The notes: generated by a model not told the origin, from the letters alone. 63,952 bases of DNA, filler included, from Lama guanicoe (GCA_013239625.1; 169 parts of 169 records of this genome joined end to end with filler, not necessarily neighbours in it); one strand, 5' to 3'; counted from the first letter of the whole stretch, positions 26,015-39,000 are shown. Made by a program: numbers and translations.

Positions 26015-28492
26015 NNNNNNNNNNNNNNNNNNNNNNNNNNNNNNNNNNNNNNNNNNNNTTAATTAATTAANNNNNNNNNNNNNNNNNNNNNNNNNNNNNN
26101 NNNNNNNNNNNNNNAGTAGGGAGTCAGGACTTTTCATCTGCACTGGGCAATAATGAGATGCCCATCCTACTCCTTGCTAGGGTGGTGTCCGAGAAAGCCT
26201 AGTGAAAAGCCAGGTCTTTCACCACAACGTGGCAGTGGTGATGACAACCCCCTCTGTGACAATGTCAGTGGAGGCCATATGGGGAGAAATAAAGGCATTC
26301 TTGTCTCTTTCAGCCAGGGTGGTCTCAGTGGAGGCCTAGCGGGAAGTTAGAACTTCCATCCCTCCCCAGCTATAATGAAGAGTCCTTACTGCCNNNNNNN
26401 NNNNNNNNNNNNNNNNNNNNNNNNNNNNNNNNNNNNNTTAATTAATTAANNNNNNNNNNNNNNNNNNNNNNNNNNNNNNNNNNNNNNNNNNNNACTTCTT
26501 CCTCAAGAGTTTCAAAAAATTAAATCCAACATTTGGGTTCTAAAATTTTCCATCTGAAGTCATAGTTTTGCAAAGATGTCAGAGCAGGAAGAACTTGAAG
26601 GGAACTTTAAGAAAGAGAATTCTTCTAGAGAGTAATAAAAAAAAAGTAAATGACAAGTTTAGGTTAACAGAAACCAAGTTAAGTTCTTTATCAGTCTTAC
26701 TATGAGGTCCTCACTTACAAGAATATCTAGTTAAGTAAATGCTCTTTTACAGTAATTGGCAATTAAACCCCANNNNNNNNNNNNNNNNNNNNNNNNNNNN
26801 NNNNNNNNNNNNNNNNTTAATTAATTAANNNNNNNNNNNNNNNNNNNNNNNNNNNNNNNNNNNNNNNNNNNNTAGAAGTGGGAGAAAAGTAACGAGAGAA
26901 GTGTGAAAACAGAAGGGAAGGTAACTCCCGGAGGTGGAGGTGACACATGTCTATACGAAAAGGGCCCCTCGAGAGCCAGCACGAGTAACAGAAGCAGCTC
27001 ATCCATGGGTGTGCATTTGTGAAGGATCAGTGCTTCAGGGATGAAGAGGAGACTGTAAAAATGTTCAGAGAGGGAGAAAACAAATTGTCCATCGACGAAG
27101 AAGTGTCCAGCTCACAGCGACAATGTCTTCTCAGTTTTAACACTGGATATTNNNNNNNNNNNNNNNNNNNNNNNNNNNNNNNNNNNNNNNNNNNNTTAAT
27201 TAATTAANNNNNNNNNNNNNNNNNNNNNNNNNNNNNNNNNNNNNNNNNNNNGTGGTTGTGACCTTTCTGCCCCGTGAGACCCCGAGACCTCTGGGCAGTG
27301 ATCCCTCCATTCCCTGTACATTTGCAACCCCAATGCCAGCACCATGCCTGGCCCTCTCAAGCCCTTCTGGATAAAAACAACCACCAAGCTCACAAGGAGG
27401 TGCTCCTGGTGGGAATACCGACCAGCTGTGTGTCCCTGGGCCAGCCAGTTCACACTCTGGTCCTTACTTCCTCCTGAGTCGGGCTCTGCTGACCCACCGG
27501 GCTGTTCTTAGGACCACATGGAAGCTGCAGNNNNNNNNNNNNNNNNNNNNNNNNNNNNNNNNNNNNNNNNNNNNTTAATTAATTAANNNNNNNNNNNNNN
27601 NNNNNNNNNNNNNNNNNNNNNNNNNNNNNNGGAGAGAGGAAGGGACAGAGGTGGACACAGATGGGGGCTGGACACAGAAGAACACACGTCTGTGTATCCC
27701 AAGTGACGACTTCCACTCAGTGGCTCAATTTCTGTTTGTGAATTAAAGTGTATTGAGATTAGGGCTGAAACGAGATTGAAGAAAGAAAACAAACCTCTAT
27801 AGCTTAAAGAAATCCTCACTTTCTAAAACATGTTCTGAGGAGGGCTAAATTGGGAAGGAGCACTTTGGAATGGAACAGTGTTTCTCAGAAGCAGTGACAT
27901 CCCTCCCTCNNNNNNNNNNNNNNNNNNNNNNNNNNNNNNNNNNNNNNNNNNNNTTAATTAATTAANNNNNNNNNNNNNNNNNNNNNNNNNNNNNNNNNNN
28001 NNNNNNNNNTTTCTTGTGAATTTCACTCGTTCAAACACCATCTGCAAAGACTAAAAGAAGCAAGAGTTTTAGGGATTTTGATAATTTTGTATCTAATTTT
28101 AATTTAAATCAGAATAAAAAGTGTTGAAATAAAAGTAACAGGCATCCTACACAATAATTTGGCTAACTGTGGTGACTGAAGCTGACTCTCCATGTAAAGA
28201 AAATTTTAAAGAATGACAGGAACTACAGGAAGTGATCCAGACTCTGAGCAGAACTGGCGCTGCCTCACCCCAGCTCAGGGGTGAAGAGNNNNNNNNNNNN
28301 NNNNNNNNNNNNNNNNNNNNNNNNNNNNNNNNTTAATTAATTAANNNNNNNNNNNNNNNNNNNNNNNNNNNNNNNNNNNNNNNNNNNNCACTCCTGCCCA
28401 CACGCTGCGAGCCACCCAGCATCTGCGCCGACACTTCCCAGAGTTGGGTCCCTGCGCACCTCCCCGGGCCCAGGCCACGGCACCACGCTCAC

Positions 28493-28549
28493 CTTCTGCA
28501 GAAATGCCATCCTCGGCCTGTACTGCTGGCCTTGGTGTCGGATTGTCAT
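28493..28549 (-). CDS. RGS9: Regulator of G-protein signaling 9, coding part of exon 1 (57 nt); 5' UTR upstream to 28667
   Basis: ATG at 28549-28547 encodes [19 protein letters not shown], identical to my recall of the RGS9 N-terminus, followed directly by donor gtgagc (28492-28487). Confidence 0.92.
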
Positions 28550-30283
28550 CTTGGACCCTGGATGAATTCAGACCCAGAACACAGACGGGAGCGAAAGGAA
28601 AAGCTCCGGAAAGAGAGGGACAGAGAGAGCGAGCCGGCGTGGCCCGCACTGGCACTGGCGCTGGCGCNNNNNNNNNNNNNNNNNNNNNNNNNNNNNNNNN
28701 NNNNNNNNNNNTTAATTAATTAANNNNNNNNNNNNNNNNNNNNNNNNNNNNNNNNNNNNNNNNNNNNAAGCAGAAAATGCCAATAAAAAAGGACGCTGAC
28801 AATGAAATTATGATATTAACTACCTGTGTTAGGGAGATTCGAGGTCCTGGTTTCCCACCTTGATTTCTGCTAGAGTTCAGACCCTGGTGTTCTAGGTGTT
28901 GTTACAGGTAAGCCAGGGAGTGTGGCAGGTGGAAAATTTTTCATGAAGGTGAAAATTGAGACTTGGGCCCTGGGTTCTAAGGCAGTTTTTTCTAGCTCTA
29001 TATTGTCAATGAAGTCAGTGACAGTAGTCAGCTCCTGGGATTTTTTNNNNNNNNNNNNNNNNNNNNNNNNNNNNNNNNNNNNNNNNNNNNTTAATTAATT
29101 AANNNNNNNNNNNNNNNNNNNNNNNNNNNNNNNNNNNNNNNNNNNNCACACTGATCTTTAGTCCCTGTGTTTGCTAGAGGGAAAAAGCGAAGGAAGGCAG
29201 CAAAACAAACACTCACAAAGCAGTTTACCAAAAAGCCATCTGTAAGCTTTGGGTCTCCTCACACTCTTCTCAGGGATGAAAACTCTATCCCCATCCGGTG
29301 CAAGTGTTCTTTCCCTTCATTTGTGAAAATAAGGCATTAGAAACAAACACCTTTGGTTGAAGCAGTATTACCCCATTATATTGAGTTCAGTTTTATATAA
29401 GATAGCCATACGTTTTTCCTAACGTNNNNNNNNNNNNNNNNNNNNNNNNNNNNNNNNNNNNNNNNNNNNTTAATTAATTAANNNNNNNNNNNNNNNNNNN
29501 NNNNNNNNNNNNNNNNNNNNNNNNNTTATTTGGTCTAATTTATTTACTGTCTCATTTTGAATTCTTAATTTATTGCCCAATCGGGACAAAGCAGAATTTT
29601 GAATATGGCTGCTTTTTTAGAATAAAACAAACACTTGAGAAAGGTCTGAGGACAGAATTACAGTCACAGGTTCTTTCCTAACAGATACGCTGTTTGTTTC
29701 CTGAGTGTGAAACTGAATATTACATGTTACTTCTTTCTTTTCCGAGGGAGTAACGTGAAGTTTAAAACTTGTAACGCAATTTCAAGGTGGAAGGGGTTTG
29801 TAAANNNNNNNNNNNNNNNNNNNNNNNNNNNNNNNNNNNNNNNNNNNNTTAATTAATTAANNNNNNNNNNNNNNNNNNNNNNNNNNNNNNNNNNNNNNNN
29901 NNNNAAAAAAAAAACAGAAAGAAATATATGACATGTGTACTACTAAGTGATATGCCTGCTGAACTATATCATTTCTATAAATCATGCTAAACTCCATCAA
30001 AATTCTGAAATCATTATATGAGTTTTGAAATGTCTGCTGAGTTTCCAGGTTTCAAAGATCTTTTCCCTTCTTCATGGAAAATCCAAATGTAAACTCTTTC
30101 CTTCAATAGTCCTACACGTCCTTCAAACCATCTCACTGTCCCCTTGTCGCTGGTGCACACGTGGGTCAGTTAGCTTTTCTTGANNNNNNNNNNNNNNNNN
30201 NNNNNNNNNNNNNNNNNNNNNNNNNNNTTAATTAATTAANNNNNNNNNNNNNNNNNNNNNNNNNNNNNNNNNNNNNNNNNNNN

Positions 30284-30416
30284 TTTTTTTTTTGACTCTG
30301 TTGGGGGTTGGGGTAATTAGGTTTTACTTACTTGTTTTTAATGGAGATACTGGGGGTTGAACCCAGGACTTCGTGCACACTAAGCATACACTACCCCTGA
30401 GCTATACCCTCCCCCC
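30284..30416 (-). mobile_element. Near full-length tRNA-Ala-like SINE (camelid vic-1-like)
   Basis: Reverse complement reads ggggggagggtatagctcaggggtag...cttagtgtgcacgaagtcctgggttcaacccccagtatctccattaaaa...cctaattacccc...poly(A); Pol III A box (tagctcag) and B box (ggttcaaccc). Confidence 0.85.
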
Positions 30417-31041
30417 AAGATCTAAATTGTTTTTAATATCCTTACTGAAGTTACCTGTCTCTGGTCTTAGAGAAAGGTGTTTATTACTTTCTAGGATAAC
30501 ACAGACAATGCTATGAGGCCACAATACCTTGTGGAGGGATGAGACATGTACCAGATGATCCCNNNNNNNNNNNNNNNNNNNNNNNNNNNNNNNNNNNNNN
30601 NNNNNNTTAATTAATTAANNNNNNNNNNNNNNNNNNNNNNNNNNNNNNNNNNNNNNNNNNNNTGTTCCTACCCTGAGCTCTCCATGTAAAGTCTACTTCC
30701 TTTGTCAGTCATTGATATGTAGATCTGCCTCCCTCTCCCCTACCACTTTGTACGTACATGTGTATCTTTTCCTAAGCGTGGCTAGAATGGGGAGACGTCT
30801 CTCTCGGGAATTCTACACAGGTGAATTGAGACAAGTAGGAAAAACTCATTCTTATAATGGTTCCAATTAGGAAAAAAGTTTAGGCTGGTAATTAGGAGAA
30901 CTTCGATTCCAGGTAACTCTAACCCAGGACAGATGACATCANNNNNNNNNNNNNNNNNNNNNNNNNNNNNNNNNNNNNNNNNNNNTTAATTAATTAANNN
31001 NNNNNNNNNNNNNNNNNNNNNNNNNNNNNNNNNNNNNNNNN

Positions 31042-31257
31042 CAAGTGAAATTAATTCCAGTAATAATTATATTTATCCCAAAATATCCAAAATACTATCA
31101 TGTCAAAAGTGTGATTAACACTTTTTAAACTTATTAATAAATTACATTATTTTTGTTGTACGAAGTCTTGAAAATCTATTACATATTTTCCACTTATAGA
31201 ACAACTAAATTCACAATAGCCACTTGTGGCTGGTGGCTACCATACTAGACAGAGCAG
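31042..31257. mobile_element. MER33/MER3-like hAT-Charlie MITE fragment
   Basis: gtgaaattaatt...aatatccaaaatactatcat...cacttatag...caatagccacttgtggctggtggctaccatactagacagagcag terminal motif. Confidence 0.75.
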
Positions 31258-32669
31258 ATTACAATTTTCAAACTTCTGATAAATTACCTGCTCTTACTTA
31301 TTTAAAAAACTTGCAGAAAANNNNNNNNNNNNNNNNNNNNNNNNNNNNNNNNNNNNNNNNNNNNTTAATTAATTAANNNNNNNNNNNNNNNNNNNNNNNN
31401 NNNNNNNNNNNNNNNNNNNNACCAGAAGTACCTTTCCTGAGGGTCACTTCCTGCTGACACCTTTCACTGTCTCCTGTGTCAGTTTTAGTAAAACCCAAGC
31501 TCCTCCAAAGCCCTTCTCCCAGGCCCTCCCCAGTGTCCTCCCCAGCAGGGGCACCCTCCACCCTGGACCACAGAGGGCATTCTCCACAAGTCACCACCCA
31601 CAAGCCTCCAGGCCTTTACCCGGGATGCACCTGCCACCTGAGCCACCTTGTTGACTCCTTCTCCTGGCTGACTCTTACTCTGTCCTCAGAACTGAATGTN
31701 NNNNNNNNNNNNNNNNNNNNNNNNNNNNNNNNNNNNNNNNNNNTTAATTAATTAANNNNNNNNNNNNNNNNNNNNNNNNNNNNNNNNNNNNNNNNNNNNC
31801 GATATAAATTAATAGAAACATTCGTGTTTCTCCTCTTCATTTTTATATATTAAACTCTCCCTCATCTTTTAAGCTATATTTACCATTTGTAGTAGATTTC
31901 ATTTAATGTGTTTTTCTCTCTGTTATTTTGTGTGTGTGTGTGTATGTGTGTGTGTGTTTTGTTTCGTATGTAGGAAGGACTGAATAGTTGGGGTTTAGCA
32001 CTACACTAAAATATTTGTCATCTTAGTCCCTTAGTATGTTGTCACATAAGTTTAATTTGAAGTATAAATTTTGAATGANNNNNNNNNNNNNNNNNNNNNN
32101 NNNNNNNNNNNNNNNNNNNNNNTTAATTAATTAANNNNNNNNNNNNNNNNNNNNNNNNNNNNNNNNNNNNNNNNNNNNTGAATAGTATCCAGGCTTAAGA
32201 ATGTCCTTAACTTATCCTACCCAAATAAGTTCCTTTTCATAAAAGTTATATTAAATATGTACTAAATACATAATTATTATTTTAGTATCATTCCACCAAA
32301 TAAGATTACTGAGCCCTTAAATAGCTGATATTTTGTAAACCATTTAAAAGAAATACCTCTTATGTACTCAATAGATAGAATAGTCATAAAATTCAGAAAC
32401 TATGGACAAAATGACAAGCCTACTTTCTGTAGACTTGATGAGGATCGAGCATAACAANNNNNNNNNNNNNNNNNNNNNNNNNNNNNNNNNNNNNNNNNNN
32501 NTTAATTAATTAANNNNNNNNNNNNNNNNNNNNNNNNNNNNNNNNNNNNNNNNNNNNCCCCGGGGTTCTAATCTACTGACAATATAAATGGTAGAACTAA
32601 TTGGTAGGTTCAGTGTAGATAGTCCAGCGGTGGATTCATTTTTTTTAAAATCTAAACTTCTTGGAGTTT

Positions 32670-32836
32670 TAAAATTTATTATTATTAATTTTATTGAAGT
32701 ATAATCAGTTTACAATGTTGTGTTAATTTCTGGTGTTCAGCATAATGCTTCAGTCATAGATATACATACAGATATTCCTTTTCATATTCTTTTTCATTCT
32801 AGGTGACTACAAGATATTAAATACAGTTCCTTGTGT
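32670..32836 (-). mobile_element. LINE-1 3' terminus
   Basis: tttattgaagtataatcagtttacaatgttgtgttaatttctggtgttcagcat...ctacaagatattaaatacagttcc. Confidence 0.8.
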
Positions 32837-32936
32837 NNNNNNNNNNNNNNNNNNNNNNNNNNNNNNNNNNNNNNNNNNNNTTAATTAATTAANNNNNNNN
32901 NNNNNNNNNNNNNNNNNNNNNNNNNNNNNNNNNNNN

Positions 32937-33215
32937 CACTAAAATCTGGAACAAGACAAAGATGCCCACTCTCACCCCTATTATTCAATATAGTATTGGA
33001 AGTCCTACACATAGCAACTAGACAACAAAAAGAAATAAAAGGGGTCCAAATTAAAAGAGAAGAGGTAAAATGGTCATAATATGCAGATGACATGATACTA
33101 TCTATAGAAAATCCTTAAGGCTCCACACAAAAATGACTAAAGCTAATTAAAGTATTTGGCAAGGTAGCAGAATACAACATCGACCTACAGAAATCAGTGG
33201 CATTCCTTCACATGA
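32937..33215 (+). mobile_element. LINE-1 reverse-transcriptase core fragment with YADD motif, inactivated
   Basis: [23 protein letters not shown]...[27 protein letters not shown] at 33080-33091, in-frame TAA at 33077. Confidence 0.95.
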
Positions 33216-33322
33216 NNNNNNNNNNNNNNNNNNNNNNNNNNNNNNNNNNNNNNNNNNNNTTAATTAATTAANNNNNNNNNNNNNNNNNNNNNNNNNNNNN
33301 NNNNNNNNNNNNNNNGGCTGCC

Positions 33323-33594
33323 ATGGACGCCCTGGTCCGGCTCCTGCAGCTGCTGGTGCTGCTCCTGACCCTGCCCCTGCACATCATGGCTCTGCTGGGC
33401 TTCTGGGAGCCCCTGTGCAAAAGCTATTTCCCCTACCTGATGGCCGTGCTGGCGGCCAAGACCAACCGCAAGATGGAGGGCAAGAAGCGGGAGCTCTTCA
33501 GCCAGATAAAGGGGCTTGCGGGGGCCTCGGGCAAGGTGGCCCTGCTGGAGCTGGGCTGCGGCACTGGTGCCAACTTCCAGTTCTACCCATCTGG
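33323..33594 (+). CDS. METTL7B: Thiol S-methyltransferase METTL7B/TMT1B, exon 1 partial
   Basis: Kozak gctgccATGG. Encodes MDALVRLLQLLVLLLTLPLHIMALLGFWEPLCKSYFPYLMAVL...KKRELFSQIKGLAGASGKVALLELGCGTGANFQFYP, with the SAM-binding motif LELGCGTG. Confidence 0.92.
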
Positions 33595-36347
33595 NNNNNN
33601 NNNNNNNNNNNNNNNNNNNNNNNNNNNNNNNNNNNNNNTTAATTAATTAANNNNNNNNNNNNNNNNNNNNNNNNNNNNNNNNNNNNNNNNNNNNGGAGAA
33701 CGTGTCCTTTCCCCCACCACATGAGATTTCCTCTTCTTTCTCCAGGTGACAATTTGGAGCTCCCAGGGTCTTGACCCAGAAAGTCCACACAGGTGAAGTG
33801 GGGCACGGATTGGGAGCCCCCATGATGGTGACCTGGAGCCTTCGTGTGGGCACTAGGTGGGACCCGTGACTCTCCTGGTGCCAGGCCAAGGGCCGGAGCC
33901 GGAGCTGCGAGTGATACAGGCAAAAGAATGTGGGGCGAGAGGATGGCCATGTCCCAGGTCTCAGTTGAGTCCCNNNNNNNNNNNNNNNNNNNNNNNNNNN
34001 NNNNNNNNNNNNNNNNNTTAATTAATTAANNNNNNNNNNNNNNNNNNNNNNNNNNNNNNNNNNNNNNNNNNNNGCTGTACACCTGAAACTAACATTGTAA
34101 ATCAACTACAGGTCAATAAAAACATTTTTTAAGAAAACTAAAGCCTTTATTAAAAAGCATACAGCATTCCATTACTTATACATGCTGCATCTTATTCATC
34201 CATTCTTCTATTGATGTGCACTTAGGATGCTTCCACATCCTGGCAATTATAAATAATGCTGCTGTTAATAGCAGGGTGTATGTATGTTTTAAAATTAATT
34301 CTCATTTTCTGGTTGGCTTTATTCCTTTGATAACTATGTAAGTTTAAAAAGCNNNNNNNNNNNNNNNNNNNNNNNNNNNNNNNNNNNNNNNNNNNNTTAA
34401 TTAATTAANNNNNNNNNNNNNNNNNNNNNNNNNNNNNNNNNNNNNNNNNNNNATCTTCTTAATTAAGCTCAACTGTGATATATAAATATCGCACCTTTTT
34501 CCGAATAGCATCTGTTAACAATAATGATAAGCTAATGAGCTGTAAAAGAACCGAGGAAAAGAAATTTTTGTAAAAAATGAGTAATTCTTGTGAACTATGG
34601 AATTAATATATATAGTCTAAGGAAGTGACCCAACGGGAATTGCTTAGCGTTCTGTAATCTAGACAATGGTTGATCCCAAGAAGGCAGAGGGCAGAGCTTC
34701 AAAGTAGGAGAGGCATGAATCCTTACGGTCANNNNNNNNNNNNNNNNNNNNNNNNNNNNNNNNNNNNNNNNNNNNTTAATTAATTAANNNNNNNNNNNNN
34801 NNNNNNNNNNNNNNNNNNNNNNNNNNNNNNNAACAGCCCCAAATCGGGCTAAACCTTGAGTGTATTATAATTTTTAAAGCCTCATGGACTGTGAGAAATA
34901 CATCCACAAATACCGTCATCTTTAAAGAATGGAGGGTTTCTGTACTGCAATAATCCCACGTCATCGGGTATCTATCGCTCTGTAACTGTCCTGCCCTGTG
35001 AGGATCGAAACGTCATCAAAAAGCAGAAGCTAAAGAAACTAGTTCTGTGGTTCTGGAATTGTAACACACATTAGTTGGAAAATGAAACTGTGAGGGAAAA
35101 GTGACTTTAANNNNNNNNNNNNNNNNNNNNNNNNNNNNNNNNNNNNNNNNNNNNTTAATTAATTAANNNNNNNNNNNNNNNNNNNNNNNNNNNNNNNNNN
35201 NNNNNNNNNNTTTATTTCCAAGGGATTTTATGTATAGAGAAGATTAGATAAAATATAAAGGTAATATTCATAGAAAAATAATAAATCCAGTGTTAATTTT
35301 GACAAATGGATATCTTCAGAATATTTCATTTATCATTATTAACATTAGATATTATAAGCCTGAGAAAATCTTTATAATATTGGTTATGCTACACTATTAA
35401 CTCTGAAATACTTGCTATATAACCATCAAGCATACTGTAGAAACCTGAAATCCTTAATTTTTAAAGTCAAATATATACTGTTACTTGTCNNNNNNNNNNN
35501 NNNNNNNNNNNNNNNNNNNNNNNNNNNNNNNNNTTAATTAATTAANNNNNNNNNNNNNNNNNNNNNNNNNNNNNNNNNNNNNNNNNNNNCACACACAGGT
35601 GTTTCCTTATTTAGGAAACTCTCATTGCCTTAGTCTGGGGCAGACTCCACATTCTGCGTGCTCAAGGAAGGGTGGAACACAGTTCACTGGCTGTGTAGCA
35701 GGTGGTCCTTGAACTATGGAAGCCAAATGTTTTGTCTCTCTATATGCCTCACTGTGTCATTAATAGCTTTCAGAAGAAGAAAGTGGATGGGAAAGGGAGG
35801 AAGATCATCTTGGTTTTTGTTTTGTTTTGTTTGTTTTGTTTGTTTTGTTTTTTTGTTTAACATTTTTTNNNNNNNNNNNNNNNNNNNNNNNNNNNNNNNN
35901 NNNNNNNNNNNNTTAATTAATTAANNNNNNNNNNNNNNNNNNNNNNNNNNNNNNNNNNNNNNNNNNNNACTTGCACAAAATTCAGCAATTGTGACAGAGA
36001 TGGGAGGTGATGTCATTTGTTCGCTCATTTATTCAAAAATATTCACTGAGCACCTGAAGATGATTAAAGTAGTTGTTGGAGTAGGACAATGATGAGGTAA
36101 TTTCAGAATTGATAGTAAATGAATAACCATCCATCAGAATGGATGGTTATCTGTTCAAGTGGCAGGAAACGACTTCTGGACTAGTCACTCATACTTTGTA
36201 AAGACCAGTCTCCCTACAGTCAGTATGATGGATTCCTTGGAATAAACNNNNNNNNNNNNNNNNNNNNNNNNNNNNNNNNNNNNNNNNNNNNTTAATTAAT
36301 TAANNNNNNNNNNNNNNNNNNNNNNNNNNNNNNNNNNNNNNNNNNNN

Positions 36348-36626
36348 GAAATTGTTGGGTTGGTAATTAGTAACTGAATTGAAAAATTCACTAGAGGGAT
36401 TAAACAGTAGACTTGATCAAAAGAAGAGAAATTTAAAGGTAGACCACTTGACAATATGCAATCAGAGGAACAAAAAGAAAAAAAAAAAGAAAAAGAGGAG
36501 TGAAGAGAACCAAAGGGACCTGTGGGATACCAGTAAGACAATCAATATACACATTACAGAAGTGCCAGAAGGAGGGGAGAGAGAGTAAGGAACAGAAAGC
36601 TTAACTGAATAAATAACGACTGAAAT
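36348..36626 (+). mobile_element. LINE-1 ORF1 fragment
   Basis: KNSLEGLNSRLDQ...SEENQRDLWDTSKTINIHITEVPEGGERE, matching L1 ORF1p 'LRDLWD.IK..NI.IIGVPEGEERE'. Confidence 0.85.
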
Positions 36627-37484
36627 NNNNNNNNNNNNNNNNNNNNNNNNNNNNNNNNNNNNNNNNNNNNTTAATTAATTAANNNNNNNNNNNNNNNNNN
36701 NNNNNNNNNNNNNNNNNNNNNNNNNNTTGAACCTTTATCAGAAATTTTATTTTAGATCATCATAGCTTTTTAAGAAGCTGTTGTGTCACTCCTGTTTAAT
36801 AAGACTCATTAAATTCTGGTAATAAATCACTAGGATGTAAACTACTCAAAACTACATCTTTGTCTTATTCCAGACTCTTGACTGCTACAGAGGTACCTGG
36901 CACATAACAGGAACTCAATAAATATTTGCTAAAGGAGTGAAAGTGTCAAGAAATCATTCAAGTTTGAAATCCATAGAGTACACATACCCATCCTGAACAA
37001 GGTAANNNNNNNNNNNNNNNNNNNNNNNNNNNNNNNNNNNNNNNNNNNNTTAATTAATTAANNNNNNNNNNNNNNNNNNNNNNNNNNNNNNNNNNNNNNN
37101 NNNNNACCAGAAACACAGAGAAAGAAAGGAAGTGAAGGCCTGGTTTTCCACACATAGAATCAGAGCCGCACCTGAGTACTTGCACTGTCTGCAGGACCCT
37201 GCCAGACCCTTTCTACTCCCTGCACACAAAGGGCCCTCCTCCGCCCCGCAGGAGCTGCCCCTGGGCGCAATGAGCTCTGAGGAGCTGGGCATCCCGGAGT
37301 CCTGTGGGGGAGCTGGCAAAGTGCTTCTGAGGGGACAAGGCTGTCCTCAGAAGGGAGTCAGGCTCTGCTACAATCATCCTTATTNNNNNNNNNNNNNNNN
37401 NNNNNNNNNNNNNNNNNNNNNNNNNNNNTTAATTAATTAANNNNNNNNNNNNNNNNNNNNNNNNNNNNNNNNNNNNNNNNNNNN

Positions 37485-37763
37485 GACGAGCGACTCCGTC
37501 CCGGGCCTCCCGGGCGGGGCGGGGCAGGGCGGGACGGGGGGCGGAGGCCCCCCCTGCTGCACGGAGAAAGCCTGACAGGCATCACCAGCGCTCCTCTGTT
37601 CGGTCTGAGGTCGCCACGGCCTCGCCGATGCATGGGCTGCCGCGGCGCCTTTCCCGCGGGCGCAGCGCGGGAAGGGATGGGGTCGGGGGCGAGTGGGCTG
37701 CGCGTCGGGAGTGGCGCGCATCCGCGCGCTAGAGGCCCGGTTAGTGACACCGGCCGCTGAGCC
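37485..37763. promoter_or_regulatory. CpG-island fragment with clustered GC boxes (gene unknown)
   Basis: Very GC-rich with abundant CpG; GGGCGG repeated in 37511-37545. Confidence 0.6.
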
Positions 37764-37863
37764 NNNNNNNNNNNNNNNNNNNNNNNNNNNNNNNNNNNNN
37801 NNNNNNNTTAATTAATTAANNNNNNNNNNNNNNNNNNNNNNNNNNNNNNNNNNNNNNNNNNNN

Positions 37864-38142
37864 CCTCAATCAATGTTTTCTAGTTGTCCATGTATAAGAT
37901 ATTCACCTCCTTTGTCAGATTTATTCTTAGGCATTTAATAGTTTTGAGTGCAGTTATAAAAGCGCTTATTTCTATACTTTGTTTTCCTGTTGATTGAATT
38001 TTAGTGTAAATAAATGCAATTGGTTTTTGTACATTACTCTGGGTACCTTGCCCAGTACCTTTTTTAGCCTATGTAGATTTTTGTGAAAATTTAACAGTTT
38101 TCTATATATAGTGTCATGTCTGCATATCGTGGCAATTTTACC
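37864..38142 (-). mobile_element. LINE-1 RT-region fragment
   Basis: tattcacctcctttgtcagatttattcttaggcattt...aatgcaattggtttttgtacatt...tctatatatagtgtcatgtctgcatat. Confidence 0.75.
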
Positions 38143-39000
38143 NNNNNNNNNNNNNNNNNNNNNNNNNNNNNNNNNNNNNNNNNNNNTTAATTAATTAANN
38201 NNNNNNNNNNNNNNNNNNNNNNNNNNNNNNNNNNNNNNNNNNCCCAGCCTCCTCCGGTAACTAGCATCCCGCTCCCTGCTTCTGTAAACTGATTACATTG
38301 TATATTTTAGCCGTTCTGTTGCCTGTTTAATTATGATCACAGAGCCTCATTTTTCTAAATCCTTTTAACTGTGGGTGAGAATCTATTTGAATGAAACCGG
38401 AGGGAGGCCTGGGGCCGCCTCTGGAGGCTTCAGTCCAGGGGGCTGGCCTCTCCCAGAGCCTCCGGCCCCCAGGCCCCAAGGTCTTCACCTGTTAGGGAGG
38501 TGGGCGCAGGCCCTGGGCAGGNNNNNNNNNNNNNNNNNNNNNNNNNNNNNNNNNNNNNNNNNNNNTTAATTAATTAANNNNNNNNNNNNNNNNNNNNNNN
38601 NNNNNNNNNNNNNNNNNNNNNTCTTCTTCTTTTTATAAACGTGGGACCTCTCCGCTGGAGCTGAAGTAACGTTTTCCTCCACTGCACCCTGTTTCTCGTG
38701 TAGAATTGGGTACTGTCTCCATCGCTCTCCCTGTGGTGCCCCCGAGGGCACTGCTTTGATAATAGAAGCTGGTAAATCGCTCTATTCCTTTTCCCACTGT
38801 TTCGCGTTTCCGTATACAGTGCATTGGATTTATGGCGCTTCAAGCACCGCCGTAAAGAGAAATAATCCCTTTTAACATTAAAAACTGGCTTGTTACCATG
38901 NNNNNNNNNNNNNNNNNNNNNNNNNNNNNNNNNNNNNNNNNNNNTTAATTAATTAANNNNNNNNNNNNNNNNNNNNNNNNNNNNNNNNNNNNNNNNNNNN

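Noticed and set aside
30340..30416. tRNA-Ala gene
   Set aside because: Degenerate cloverleaf followed by a tRNA-unrelated tail and poly(A), with multiple diverged copies; it is a SINE.
33695..33973. Minus-strand frame open across the contig with a vague gammaretroviral env-like CGG motif
   Set aside because: GC-rich DNA often has open frames of this length, and the diagnostic FYVCP and WGCET motifs are absent.
38640..38830. Foamy-virus or Gypsy RT-like QWE...QYPI spacing on the minus strand
   Set aside because: Only a few matching residues, an in-frame stop, and high CpG content inconsistent with an old methylated ERV.
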